From NCBI GenBank assembly GCA_016288305.1, contig JAEEYW010000001.1:1-57882 (forward strand): a stretch of DNA of 57,882 nt. The letters run 5' to 3'. The stretch's first letter is position 1; the number at the start of each line of letters is the position of its first letter. Below, in pieces: positions 45,180 to 55,759 of this stretch. The stretch comes from Bacillales bacterium. Lineage in GTDB: Bacteria; Bacillota_I; Bacilli_A; RF39; UBA660. The position numbers were made by a program, and so were the translations under genes. Below the pieces are notes generated by a model. The model saw nothing but the letters and a program-made list of their open reading frames with translations. It was not told the DNA's origin and ran no database searches.

Positions 45180-46598
45180 TTATTGCAACTCTACTATTTC
45201 GCCATCCATACTCCATGTTTTAACAGATGTTATTTTAACATTTACAATTTTACCTAAGTAACTACTGTCAGCTTTAACATTAACTAATTTCATCGTATCA
45301 GTATAACCTTTTAAACTACTATTTTTAGAACTATAATCTTCTAATAGTACAGGTACTATTTTATTTAAATATTTATCGTTGTTTTCTTTAGAATATTTAT
45401 TAATTAATTCGTTTAATTCATATAATCTATTCTCTTTTTCTTCTAAAGATATATTATCTTCCATTTTAGCAGCAGGTGTTCCCTCACGTGGTGAGAAAAT
45501 AAAGGTAAAAGCTGAATCATACTTACAAACATTAACAACTTCTAAAGTCTCTTCGAAATCTTCTTGTGTTTCACCTGGGAAACCAACAATAATATCGGTA
45601 GTTAGTGAACAATTAGGTATTTTTGTTTTTAAGTTATTAACTAATTCTAAATATTGCTCTTTAGTATATCTTCTACCCATTAGTTTTAGAATTTTACTTG
45701 ATCCAGATTGTAAAGGTAAATGAATGTAAGGCATTATATTATCATATTTAGCTATAATATCAATCATCTCATCATTAAAATCCCATGGATGACTAGTAAC
45801 AAACCTAACTCTTTCAATACCTGTTTTAGCTACATCTTCAAGTAAATTAGCCATTGTATAATCTATATTTAAATCTTTACCATAAGCATTTACGTTTTGA
45901 CCTAATAAAGTAACTTCTTTATATCCATCTTTAACAAGGCTTTCAACCTCACAGACAATATCCTTAGGTAATCTACTTCTTTGTTTGCCTCTTGTATAAG
46001 GTACGATACAATATGTACAGAACTTATCGCAACCATACATAATATTAACCCAAGCTTTATATTTATTATCACGTTTTACAGGAATGTTTTCTTGAATTTC
46101 ACCCTCACATGATAATACTTCAATTTGTTGTGTATTTGTTTTAGTAGCCTTTTCTAGTATACTTGGTAAAGATTGAATATTGTGTGTTCCGAAAACGAAA
46201 TCAATCCATTTATATTTATGCATAATAGCATCAACAACAACTTCTTCTTGAGCCATACATCCACAAAAACCTACCATAACATTTTTAGATTGTCGAGCAT
46301 GTTTAATTCTACCTAATAAGCCAAAAACTTTGTTATGTGCATTTTCTCTTATAGCACATGTATTTAAAATAACTAAGTCAGCATCTTCAATATCAGTACT
46401 TGGTTTATATCCCATTTGCTCTAAAATAGCCCTTATATTTTCAGAATCATGTTCATTCATCTGACATCCATATGTTTTAACAAAATATGTTTTACCTACA
46501 CCTAAAACTTTTTCTTCTTCAGTTAAGACATAATCATTTTTTACTAAAACTTCTGTTTTTGTTCTATGTCTAGCCTCTTTCATATCAGGTAATTGCAT
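45180..46598 (-). CDS. miaB: tRNA-i6A37 methylthiotransferase MiaB (radical SAM)
   Basis: N-terminal YFVKTYGCQMNEHDSE, radical-SAM CDKFCTYC and a C-terminal TRAM-like segment. The GGAGTGA RBS favours the ATG at 46598. Confidence 0.9.
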   Translation of the reverse strand: MQLPDMKEARHRTKTEVLVKNDYVLTEEEKVLGVGKTYFVKTYGCQMNEHDSENIRAILEQMGYKPSTDIEDADLVILNTCAIRENAHNKVFGLLGRIKHARQSKNVMVGFCGCMAQEEVVVDAIMHKYKWIDFVFGTHNIQSLPSILEKATKTNTQQIEVLSCEGEIQENIPVKRDNKYKAWVNIMYGCDKFCTYCIVPYTRGKQRSRLPKDIVCEVESLVKDGYKEVTLLGQNVNAYGKDLNIDYTMANLLEDVAKTGIERVRFVTSHPWDFNDEMIDIIAKYDNIMPYIHLPLQSGSSKILKLMGRRYTKEQYLELVNNLKTKIPNCSLTTDIIVGFPGETQEDFEETLEVVNVCKYDSAFTFIFSPREGTPAAKMEDNISLEEKENRLYELNELINKYSKENNDKYLNKIVPVLLEDYSSKNSSLKGYTDTMKLVNVKADSSYLGKIVNVKITSVKTWSMDGEIVELQ

Positions 46599-46659
46599 AT
46601 TATCACTCCAAATCAAAACAATTATATCATGTATATAAAGAAATTTATATATTTTTATT

Positions 46660-46685
46660 AAAAAAGATTGAATAATTCAATCTTT
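46660..46685 (-). terminator. Rho-independent terminator after the rhomboid gene
   Basis: AAAGATTGAAT/ATTCAATCTTT inverted repeat followed by a T-run on the minus strand. Confidence 0.6.
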
Positions 46686-47832
46686 AAATGTTGTTTATCA
46701 AAAATAAAATAAAAGCTATAAAAATAGATAACAATACTACACCATTAATTCTATTTACTTTATTTTCTTTTGTTTTAATACCACATATCATTGATAAAAA
46801 TAAGCCACTAACTAAACCACCAATATGAGCAGCATTATCAATACCTGGAAGCAAGAATCCTAAACTTAAGTTTAAAATAATAACAGGAACTATTTGACTT
46901 CTTAAAACATTACCCAAATATAAACGATAATGATATCCAAAATATAAAATAGCTGATAATAAACCAAAGATAGCGCCACTAGCTCCGGCTGATACAGCAT
47001 CAGAGAAACAAATTGATAAAGCACTACCACATAAACCACTTAATAAATAAATGATTAAAAATTTCATCTTACCATAAAAAGTTTCAACTTGACTACCTAT
47101 TACGTATATAGCATAACTATTACATAATAAATGTACAATACCTATATGAATAAACATAGCCGTAAATAAACGATAATATTCGTGGTAATCCAAAACAAGA
47201 TTTCTTTGAACAGCGCCAAATTTAACTAACGTTAAAACATCTTCACTACCATTACCTAAAAAAGTCATAGCTAAAAAGAATAAAAGATTAATTATTAAAA
47301 TAGCATATGTAACAACAGGTTTTTTAGGCATAAAAACACTTTCAGCTTCTTGAGCATCATTTTCTGTTTTTTCGTTTATTTCTGTTGTTAATTTAATAAA
47401 TAATTCCATACCCTCTTCTTTATATTTTAATGCCTTACCAATATCTGGAAAAGCTTCTAAAACAGTATTATTCTTAACCAAATCATCCATTTTATTAACC
47501 TTTAAACATTTAATAAATCCATCATCTTCAATATGAACATTATCACCTAAATTTAAGAAAATACTTAATGTTGGAACACTGAAAGTAAAAGTTTTTCTCT
47601 TGATAGATTTCATTATTTGTTTAGTTCTAAATAAATCATAATCTAATTGCTCATTATTATGAATATAATTGGATACAATACGAATAATTTTGTAATCATT
47701 ATCCATATTTTCTAACCATATTTCATCTTTAGCCCCATGTAAAACAACAGGGTTATAATTTTTCGTAGTTATAAAATAATGAAGTAATTTCATTACGATT
47801 TCATCATGATTAGATGAAACTGTATAATTCAT
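46684..47832 (-). CDS. Rhomboid-family intramembrane serine protease with N-terminal cytoplasmic domain
   Basis: GASGAIFG catalytic Ser motif and AHIGGL catalytic His motif in a 6-TM core. Confidence 0.85.
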   Translation of the reverse strand: MNYTVSSNHDEIVMKLLHYFITTKNYNPVVLHGAKDEIWLENMDNDYKIIRIVSNYIHNNEQLDYDLFRTKQIMKSIKRKTFTFSVPTLSIFLNLGDNVHIEDDGFIKCLKVNKMDDLVKNNTVLEAFPDIGKALKYKEEGMELFIKLTTEINEKTENDAQEAESVFMPKKPVVTYAILIINLLFFLAMTFLGNGSEDVLTLVKFGAVQRNLVLDYHEYYRLFTAMFIHIGIVHLLCNSYAIYVIGSQVETFYGKMKFLIIYLLSGLCGSALSICFSDAVSAGASGAIFGLLSAILYFGYHYRLYLGNVLRSQIVPVIILNLSLGFLLPGIDNAAHIGGLVSGLFLSMICGIKTKENKVNRINGVVLLSIFIAFILFLINNI

Positions 47833-47834
47833 AA

Positions 47835-48725
47835 TTATTCCTCCTTAAATTTATTTAAAATATTTATAAAACATTCAGGTAATTCACTTGTAAATTCTAA
47901 ATATTCACCGCTTGTAGGATGAATAAATCCCAACTCTTTGGCATGTAAGCATTGTCCAGACTCATCAATTAACGCCCTTTTACCATAAACAGGATCATTA
48001 ACAACAGGATGACCTATATAATTCATGTGCACTCTTATTTGATGTGTTCTACCTGTTTCCAATATAACTTCAACCAAAGTCGCATTTTTATATCTTTCCA
48101 ATACTCTTAAATGCGTTATAGCATCTTTACCATCAGCTACAACAGCCATCTTTTTTCGATCATTAGTATCTCGTCCTATAGGTGCATCAATAGTAGCTGT
48201 ATCTTCTTTAATAACACCCCATACTAAAGCTATATATTTACGATGGGCTTTTTGTAAACTTAATTGTTCTGATAAAAACTCATGAGCTTTATCATTTTTA
48301 GCCACCATCAATAAGCCCGTTGTGTAAGCATCAATACGATGTACAATACCTGGTCTAAACTCACCATTAACATTACTTAAAGTTTTAGAATGAAATAATA
48401 AACCATTAACTAATGTATGTTTTGTATTACCAATAGCTGGGTGTACAACAACACCATTAGCTTTGTTAACTACAAGTACATCATCATCCTCATAAACAAT
48501 ATCCAAATCCATATCTTCAGGTTCTAAAGACATTTCATCTTCCATATATTCCGAAATAGTAATAATATCATCCATTTTAACTTTATAGCTATTTTTTACT
48601 TTGTTACCATTAACTAAAATACAACTATCTAACATTTTACAAATCTTACTTCTACTAACATCAAGTTTTTTAGATAAATATGTATCTATTCTTTCATCAT
48701 TTTCTTCGACTATTACCTCTTGCAT
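47835..48725 (-). CDS. rluD: 23S rRNA pseudouridine synthase RluD (RluA family, S4 domain)
   Basis: HRIDAYTTGLLMVAK and GRTHQIRVH motifs, downstream of lspA as in Bacillus. Confidence 0.9.
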   Translation of the reverse strand: MQEVIVEENDERIDTYLSKKLDVSRSKICKMLDSCILVNGNKVKNSYKVKMDDIITISEYMEDEMSLEPEDMDLDIVYEDDDVLVVNKANGVVVHPAIGNTKHTLVNGLLFHSKTLSNVNGEFRPGIVHRIDAYTTGLLMVAKNDKAHEFLSEQLSLQKAHRKYIALVWGVIKEDTATIDAPIGRDTNDRKKMAVVADGKDAITHLRVLERYKNATLVEVILETGRTHQIRVHMNYIGHPVVNDPVYGKRALIDESGQCLHAKELGFIHPTSGEYLEFTSELPECFINILNKFKEE

Positions 48726-49155
48726 AGAACACCTCCTGAACTATTAAAATAATAACAGATATAACAATAAAGCTATCTGCTATATTAAAAATAGCAAATC
48801 CTTTAACATCAATAAAATCTAATACATAACCATATAAAACTCTATCAACTAAATTACCTATGATACCACCTAATAACATACCATATGTTACACTTTGTAA
48901 GTTATTAAGTTTTTTATCTTTAATCAAATAAAAATAAATCAAATTTAAAGCTATAATTGTTATTATAATAAAAATTATTCTCGCATTCTCAAACATTGAA
49001 AATGCAGCTCCATAATTATGTACATATGTTATATTTAAAAAATCACCTATAACTTTAATAGAATTATTTAAATGCATAAAAGTATTAATAATACCTTTAG
49101 ATACTTGATCAATAAAAATAAATAATACTGTAAATAAACATAGTTTTTTATACAT
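48697..49155 (-). CDS. lspA: Lipoprotein signal peptidase II
   Basis: NYGAAFS and FNIADSFI motifs, 4 TM segments, 152 aa. Confidence 0.9.
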   Translation of the reverse strand: MYKKLCLFTVLFIFIDQVSKGIINTFMHLNNSIKVIGDFLNITYVHNYGAAFSMFENARIIFIIITIIALNLIYFYLIKDKKLNNLQSVTYGMLLGGIIGNLVDRVLYGYVLDFIDVKGFAIFNIADSFIVISVIILIVQEVFYARGNSRRK

Positions 49156-49193
49156 AACTTGTCACCTTTAAGTATTATATCATATATTTTAAT

Positions 49194-49215
49194 AAAAAAA
49201 CAGCCGAAGCTGTTT
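49194..49215 (-). terminator. Rho-independent terminator of the camS-to-yihY operon
   Basis: AAACAGC-TTCG-GCTGTTT followed by TTTTTTT on the minus strand. Confidence 0.65.
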
Positions 49216-49281
49216 ATTACCTTTTATGTAGTCTATGATGTACACATCGGTAATTAATATGTACATATATAGTATTACCCA

Positions 49282-50109
49282 TTATATCGTATCTATGACA
49301 TCTTTATAAAAATTATAATTTATAGCTATACCAAGAACTAAAATATATGACACATAATATATTAATAACATTAGGATAATAATATTAGCTAAAGAACCAT
49401 ACAATATATCATAACGCGCAATATTTGTAACATAAAATGAATATACACTAGTTCCAAACATAATAGCTATCGTTGAAAATAACGTTCCAGCATTAACATA
49501 AGCACTTTTAATTTTAATATCTGGCGCTAAAGTATAAATGATTTTAATAACCATAAAAATAACAATAAAAGCAAAAACCAATTTAATAACAGTAATCAAT
49601 GGATAGTTATTATTAATAAATGTACCCAAAGGTCCAAAAGCCAATATTTTAGTTAATATAAAACTACCAAAAGCCATAATTACTAAAACCACTAAAAATA
49701 AAAATAGCAACCAGAAATTCATAAAAATAGATTTAACTTTTCTTGATATATAACCTGTACCTTTTATTTTATATAATATATCAGATATGTATATCAAACA
49801 TCCCATACCATTACTAGCAATATATAAACCTAAAATAACAAATAAAACATTATTAGTGGTAAAACTACTAGATAAAAACGGTGATAACAAATCATTCACA
49901 CCAGCTGGTAACGCTACGCCAAAAAAGTTAGCTAAGCGATCTGTTGAAAGTGAAAATAACGAAGCTAAAAGACCAAACAACATAATTAAAGGAGCAATAG
50001 AAATAACTAAAAAAAAGGCTAGATTACCAGGAAGTACAAATAACTCCTGTAATCTTATAGCACGCCTTAAACTGCTTATAAGCCTTTTTAATTTAACCAT
50101 AGAGATCAC
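49282..50109 (-). CDS. YihY/BrkB-family membrane protein
   Basis: Six-TM profile with N-terminal LAFFLVISIAPL and C-terminal GSLANIIILMLLIYY patterns typical of the family. Confidence 0.7.
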   Translation of the reverse strand: MISMVKLKRLISSLRRAIRLQELFVLPGNLAFFLVISIAPLIMLFGLLASLFSLSTDRLANFFGVALPAGVNDLLSPFLSSSFTTNNVLFVILGLYIASNGMGCLIYISDILYKIKGTGYISRKVKSIFMNFWLLFLFLVVLVIMAFGSFILTKILAFGPLGTFINNNYPLITVIKLVFAFIVIFMVIKIIYTLAPDIKIKSAYVNAGTLFSTIAIMFGTSVYSFYVTNIARYDILYGSLANIIILMLLIYYVSYILVLGIAINYNFYKDVIDTI

Positions 50110-52112
50110 TCCCTAATTTCTTTGTTATTACGCATATCGATTGTAGCTTCATTAATAGCATCATCAATAGTCTTAATATCATCACTAATCATACTATATC
50201 CTAAAGCAGCACCAAAACCATGTTTAATTTCTTTTAATTCTTTAGCTAGTTTTCGCATATATGTTATAACTTGTTTTTCATCGTAACCAACTAAATAAAT
50301 TAAGAATTCATTACCATTAGTTCTAATAATTTCACTATGCTCAACTTGATTAACAATCAAAACATTAGCCGCTTGATTAATAACCAAATCACCTTCAGCA
50401 TGACCATAATTATCATTGATGTAAGCAACATTGTTTAAATCAACAATAACGATAGCTTGCGGATAAGTTTCATTCTTATCCCATTTTTCAATAGCATCAT
50501 TTAAATATGTTCTATTCTTTAAAGATGTTAAAGTATCAATATAGCGTAATTTATCTTCTTTAGATAAATTATTTCTTTTTGGTTTTATTTTTAAAATACC
50601 CAATACAAATAATAATATACCTACAACTACACCTAAAACAATAGCTATATTTTTTAATATGATAGGTGTTTTGTTAACTAAGATAAGATTATTCAATCCT
50701 ACATTAACATAATGATCTGTATCAGTAAAAGTAATATAGAAATCAAACATATCTCTAAACAATTTATTATCAGCTATATCACGAATAACAAAAGCATAAT
50801 CTTCAACATCAAATTGATAAGCTATAACATAATTTTGAAGAAGGTTTTTATAATAATTAAAACTTAAATTATCAATAGCTACAACATCGTCACTATCGAT
50901 TCTAGCTAAGATATCATCAATAGTAGCATATGCTTTAACATTAACACCACTACCGCTAAATACATTAGCTAAAGTACTATTATCGATAACATAAACCTCA
51001 TCTAATGATCTAATAGAATCAATAATTTTATTATTTGATGAATGTTTTAATAAGTAAACACTATTAGCATATAACTTATTAGTATTGTAAACATCCATAG
51101 CATATTCTTTAGAAGCATTTATGCCATAAAAGATATCAATCTTATTAGCATTAAAAGCTTCTTGTAAATCACTAATATTATGGTATTCTTTATAACTTAT
51201 TTCCGCATTTGTTAATTTAGAAAAGGAAGCTAACAATTCATAATTAATACCTGTTAGTTTACCATCTACTAAATAATCATATGGTGCATTAGAAATAAAA
51301 CCATAATTATATCTTTTACTTCTAAATTTAACAGCATCCGAATCATTTATACCATTGAAACTAAAATAGTTTTTAGATAAAAATTTATTATATGATTTAT
51401 CATAGTTTTTACTTTGCCATTTATTATAATATTTGGTTAAAATAGAATTTAATTTTTCTTCTTTACCTAAAGTTAAAACAAAGTATTTTTTGTAATCATT
51501 AATATGATAAGCTATCTTATATTTACCATCAATAATACTCTTTAAATTAACCGTTTTTAAAACTACAACAGCATCTAATTTAGTATCTTCAGCACTGAAA
51601 GAATTAAATAAATACGCTATATCATCATATGTTTTATATGTTACATCAGCTTTATATAAATATGTATTAACGGCATCTAAATCACTACTTAAAACACCTA
51701 TTACTAAATCATCTAATTCATCGATAGATAAATAAGTTTGGTCTTTACTTAAAATAACATAATTATCTGTATATAGTAATATATCATCACTACCTACTTC
51801 ATCAACCATTTTAAAAGCATATTCACTTTTAACTTCATCACCTATTTTATATGATATTTTATTAAATGATAAATTGGTATCTGTTTTTAAAGCATTTAAA
51901 AAATCCAATATTAAACCTTCACCATTATAACTTAAAATTGGTATGTCATTAATAATTGACATATCAATCAATTTATTTTTATTACTTTCAATCCATTGTT
52001 TTTCAAATAAATTCAAGGTAGAAACTTTATCTTCTCTAGTTAAAAAGATATATCCAGATATACCAACTAAAAAAAGAACAATAGCTGCAATAATAAAGCC
52101 TTTATTCTTCAC
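50106..52112 (-). CDS. Membrane receptor-like protein: extracytoplasmic solute-binding-like domains plus a degenerate GGDEF domain
   Basis: N-terminal TM segment, an external region of about 470 aa, a second TM segment, then a GGDEF-fold segment (DTLTSLKNRTYL, VDLNNVAYINDNYGHAEGD). The signature reads NGNEF (50304-50318) instead of GG(D/E)EF. Confidence 0.75.
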   Translation of the reverse strand: MKNKGFIIAAIVLFLVGISGYIFLTREDKVSTLNLFEKQWIESNKNKLIDMSIINDIPILSYNGEGLILDFLNALKTDTNLSFNKISYKIGDEVKSEYAFKMVDEVGSDDILLYTDNYVILSKDQTYLSIDELDDLVIGVLSSDLDAVNTYLYKADVTYKTYDDIAYLFNSFSAEDTKLDAVVVLKTVNLKSIIDGKYKIAYHINDYKKYFVLTLGKEEKLNSILTKYYNKWQSKNYDKSYNKFLSKNYFSFNGINDSDAVKFRSKRYNYGFISNAPYDYLVDGKLTGINYELLASFSKLTNAEISYKEYHNISDLQEAFNANKIDIFYGINASKEYAMDVYNTNKLYANSVYLLKHSSNNKIIDSIRSLDEVYVIDNSTLANVFSGSGVNVKAYATIDDILARIDSDDVVAIDNLSFNYYKNLLQNYVIAYQFDVEDYAFVIRDIADNKLFRDMFDFYITFTDTDHYVNVGLNNLILVNKTPIILKNIAIVLGVVVGILLFVLGILKIKPKRNNLSKEDKLRYIDTLTSLKNRTYLNDAIEKWDKNETYPQAIVIVDLNNVAYINDNYGHAEGDLVINQAANVLIVNQVEHSEIIRTNGNEFLIYLVGYDEKQVITYMRKLAKELKEIKHGFGAALGYSMISDDIKTIDDAINEATIDMRNNKEIRE

Positions 52113-52593
52113 TATCGCTCACCTCTTTATTTAATGTCCACATAAAGTTTTTAGAACCTTTAGAACTATATCCGATAGCAGGATAATCAACACTATCGCC
52201 ATCTTTTTGCGTTAAATAAAGGGAAATATCATAAAAATCAATAATGTCACTCGTTAAATTATTAATAATTTCTTCAGACAATTTTTGAGCTTTGTCTATT
52301 TTTGTACCACTTGCAACATCAATATTAAATACCATTGTTTTTACACTTGTACGATACTTAAATGATTCAACAAAATCATAATCTTCAATTTCCTCTTTAA
52401 TTTTATTAATAATATCTTCAGTTATAGTTGGAGCACCATTTAATCTATCACCATATACACTTTTATCATTACTTGGATAAAACATGCGATATACCGCAAA
52501 AGCAGCTAAAACCATAAGTAATAAGCATACAACTAATAATATCAAAATCGTTCTATATTTTTTAATAAACTTCATAAAGTTCACTCCTATCAT
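52102..52593 (-). CDS. Hypothetical membrane-anchored protein (163 aa)
   Basis: A single N-terminal TM segment. Overlaps the downstream gene start. Confidence 0.45.
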   Translation of the reverse strand: MIGVNFMKFIKKYRTILILLVVCLLLMVLAAFAVYRMFYPSNDKSVYGDRLNGAPTITEDIINKIKEEIEDYDFVESFKYRTSVKTMVFNIDVASGTKIDKAQKLSEEIINNLTSDIIDFYDISLYLTQKDGDSVDYPAIGYSSKGSKNFMWTLNKEVSDSEE

Positions 52594-52619
52594 TAAGTAA
52601 TTATACTATAAATTATGAT

Positions 52620-54026
52620 TTAAAGCAATGATTTAAGATAATCATTAAGCATCGTATTAGCTAAAGCTGGGTTTACTTTACCTTTTGTTTCTTTCATAAC
52701 TTGACCCATTAAGAATTTTACAGCACGATCCTTACCATCTTTAAAATCAACAACTGATTCTGGATTTTCACTTACAATTTTAACAATAACTTCTTTAATG
52801 TAATTATCATCAGAAATTTGTTCAAAATTATTTTCTTTGACAATATCTAAAACATCTTTATCAGTTTCTAATATTGTTGTTATAATTTCTTTAGCTTGTT
52901 TACTTGAAATAGTATTTTTATCTAATAAATCAACTAATTTAATAAAGTTTTCCTTATTTAATTTTGTGTCATTTATCTTAACAATATTTTTATTTAGATA
53001 AGATAAGATATCACCTGTAAGCAAATTACTAGCTATAACAGGATTACATTTATCGATAACACTCTCTAAGAAATTACATATATCTTTATTAGCTATAATT
53101 GTCTTAATATTGTTATTATTAATACCTAAATTAATATATTTTTCTTTCAATTCATCAGTTAAAATAGGCATATTATCTTTAACTTCTTGTAACCATTCAT
53201 CTGAGATATAAACATAAGGTAGATCAGGTTCTGGGAAGTATCTATAATCATTGCCTGTCTCTTTATAACGCATTAAAACAGTTGTATTAGTTTTGTCATC
53301 GAATCTTCTTGTTTGCTCTTTAATAACATTACCGCTATTTAATTCTTCGGTTTGTCTTTTTATTTCATAATCGATAGCTAAACCAACATTAGAAATTGAA
53401 CCAATGTTTTTAACTTCACATTTAGTTCCTAATTTATCACTATCAGAAACAGATACGTTAACATCACAACGCATACTACCTTCTTCAATTTTAACATCAC
53501 TAACACCTAAATATAATAATGTTTCTCTTAACTTTTCCAAGTATTTTACAGCTTCACTACTTGAATGCATACATGGTTTAGTAACGATTTCGATTAAAGG
53601 AACACCTGCTCTATTATAGTTTAATAAAGTCTCAGTTGTATGCATACTTTTACAAGTATCTTCCTCAATATGAATTCTTTCTAAATATATTTTTTTCTTT
53701 TCACCATCCATAATTTCGACATAACCATCATAACCAATTGGTGTATCTTGTTGTGTTATCTGATAACCTTTAGGTAAATCAGGATAGAAATAATTTTTTC
53801 TATCAAAATGCATTGTTTGATTAATTTTACAATTAAAGGCTAAAGCAGCTTTTAAAGCCATATCAATAATGCCTTTATTAAGTCTAGGTAATGTACCAGG
53901 GTAACCCATATCAATAACGTTTATGTTAGTATTAGCTTCATCATTAAAATTGTTTTTACTCATAGAAAACACTTTAGCCATACTTTTTAACTCAACGTGT
54001 ACTTCAATTCCGATTGTAGGTTTCAT
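52620..54026 (-). CDS. gatB: Asp/Glu-tRNA(Asn/Gln) amidotransferase subunit B
   Basis: IGIEVHVEL, DMGYPGTLP, NRAGVPLIEIV, and a C-terminal YqeY-like domain. Confidence 0.95.
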   Translation of the reverse strand: MKPTIGIEVHVELKSMAKVFSMSKNNFNDEANTNINVIDMGYPGTLPRLNKGIIDMALKAALAFNCKINQTMHFDRKNYFYPDLPKGYQITQQDTPIGYDGYVEIMDGEKKKIYLERIHIEEDTCKSMHTTETLLNYNRAGVPLIEIVTKPCMHSSSEAVKYLEKLRETLLYLGVSDVKIEEGSMRCDVNVSVSDSDKLGTKCEVKNIGSISNVGLAIDYEIKRQTEELNSGNVIKEQTRRFDDKTNTTVLMRYKETGNDYRYFPEPDLPYVYISDEWLQEVKDNMPILTDELKEKYINLGINNNNIKTIIANKDICNFLESVIDKCNPVIASNLLTGDILSYLNKNIVKINDTKLNKENFIKLVDLLDKNTISSKQAKEIITTILETDKDVLDIVKENNFEQISDDNYIKEVIVKIVSENPESVVDFKDGKDRAVKFLMGQVMKETKGKVNPALANTMLNDYLKSLL

Positions 54027-55465
54027 TATTTTACCCCCTTTGGTGTCATATCTAAATTCAAATTCTTTTCAATAAAACTTGCTAACCAATAGATTTTATC
54101 TTCTTTAAAATAATTTCCTATGATATGCATACCAATAGGTAAATTATCTTTATTAAAACCAATTGGTAAACTCATAGCTGGAAGTCCTGCCATATTAACT
54201 GGTATAGTTAATAAATCATCATAAAAACTCTTTAAAGCATCATCTTGTTTTGTGCCTAAATCATAAGCTACAGATGTATTTGTAGGTCCTATAATTAAAT
54301 CATATTTATCGAAAACCTCTTTAAAACTATCTGTCATAGCTTTTCTTACTTTTAAAGCTTTATAATAATACTCTTGAGCATTCTTACCACTTAAAATATA
54401 TGAACCAATCATTATTCTTCTTTTAACTTCATTACCAAAGCCTTCAGTTCTTGTTTTACGATATAATTCATCAATATTTTTAGCATCACAAGATAAACCA
54501 TATTTAACGCCGTCATAACGCGCTAAATTACTACTTGCCTCACCTAAAGCAATAACTTGATATAAAGGTATAGCATATTTTAAATAATTAATATCAATAT
54601 AATCAACAATAGCCCCTTTATTTTTTAACATTTCAACTACTTCTTTAACTTTATCTTTTACTTCATTATCGATAGCATCACTCATGTAATAATTTGGAAT
54701 AGCTATTTTAATACCGTTAATATCCTTACCGATTAAAGACATATAATCGACATTTATATCCTTAGATGTTAAATCGTTTTTATCACAACCAGCTATAGCT
54801 GATAATAATAAAGCATTTTCATAAACATTTTTTGTCATTGGACCAACTTGATCTAATGATGAAGCAAAAGCAATAATACCATATCTTGATACAGTACCAT
54901 ATGTTGGTTTTAAACCAACGATACCACAGAAACTAGATGGTTGTCTAATAGATCCACCTGTATCTGTTCCTAAAGCAAATGGCGTTATTAAAAAAGAAAC
55001 ACATGCTGCAGATCCAGAAGAAGAACCACCAGGTATTTTAATATTATTATGTGGGTTTAAAGTATTACCAAAATAACTTGTCTCACCTGTTGAACCCATA
55101 GCAAACTCATCCATATTAGTTTTACCTATTATTATCATATGTTTGTCTTTTATTTTACTAACTACAGTAGCATCATAAATAGGTATAAAATCATCCAAAA
55201 TATGACTAGCAGCTGTTGTTCTTAAATTTTTAGTTAAAATATTATCTTTGACAGCTATAGGAAGACCAAATAATAAGTTATCAACTTCAACATTTTCTAA
55301 TTCCTTAGCTTGTTTAATAGCTTCCTCTTTATTTAAAGTGATAAAACAATTTAAATTACTTTTTTCAATTTTTTCAAAAGCTTCATTAACTAAATCAATA
55401 GGTTTAATTTTTTTCTCTTTTAAAAGATTATTTATTTCTTTTATATCTAAATCTAAATATGTCAC
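54026..55465 (-). CDS. gatA: Glu-tRNA(Gln) amidotransferase subunit A
   Basis: Amidase signature GGSSSGSAA...GTDTGGSIRQP. Confidence 0.95.
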   Translation of the reverse strand: MTYLDLDIKEINNLLKEKKIKPIDLVNEAFEKIEKSNLNCFITLNKEEAIKQAKELENVEVDNLLFGLPIAVKDNILTKNLRTTAASHILDDFIPIYDATVVSKIKDKHMIIIGKTNMDEFAMGSTGETSYFGNTLNPHNNIKIPGGSSSGSAACVSFLITPFALGTDTGGSIRQPSSFCGIVGLKPTYGTVSRYGIIAFASSLDQVGPMTKNVYENALLLSAIAGCDKNDLTSKDINVDYMSLIGKDINGIKIAIPNYYMSDAIDNEVKDKVKEVVEMLKNKGAIVDYIDINYLKYAIPLYQVIALGEASSNLARYDGVKYGLSCDAKNIDELYRKTRTEGFGNEVKRRIMIGSYILSGKNAQEYYYKALKVRKAMTDSFKEVFDKYDLIIGPTNTSVAYDLGTKQDDALKSFYDDLLTIPVNMAGLPAMSLPIGFNKDNLPIGMHIIGNYFKEDKIYWLASFIEKNLNLDMTPKGVK

Positions 55466-55758
55466 TCTTCTTCACCTTCTAATACTCTTGGTACAGTAAT
55501 ATAATCACTTCTTGTATGTTTAGCATTTAATAAAGCATCAGACTTACTAATATGTGTTTCAATAATATCATCACTATACATATTTTCGTTATCTGATGGA
55601 CTAATCATAATATTTTCTTCTGGTATTTCAACTTCAACTATTTTATCAATTTCTGTTAAAATATCGGTTAATTGTTTTTGATATTTTTCCATCTCATCAT
55701 CTGATATAGATAATTTAGCTAAATCAGCTATATGTTTTACTTGTTCTTTTTCAATCAT
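55462..55758 (-). CDS. gatC: Glu-tRNA(Gln) amidotransferase subunit C
   Basis: 98 aa, VKHIADLAKLSISDDE pattern, located upstream of gatA and gatB. Confidence 0.9.
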   Translation of the reverse strand: MIEKEQVKHIADLAKLSISDDEMEKYQKQLTDILTEIDKIVEVEIPEENIMISPSDNENMYSDDIIETHISKSDALLNAKHTRSDYITVPRVLEGEEE

Positions 55759-55759
55759 T

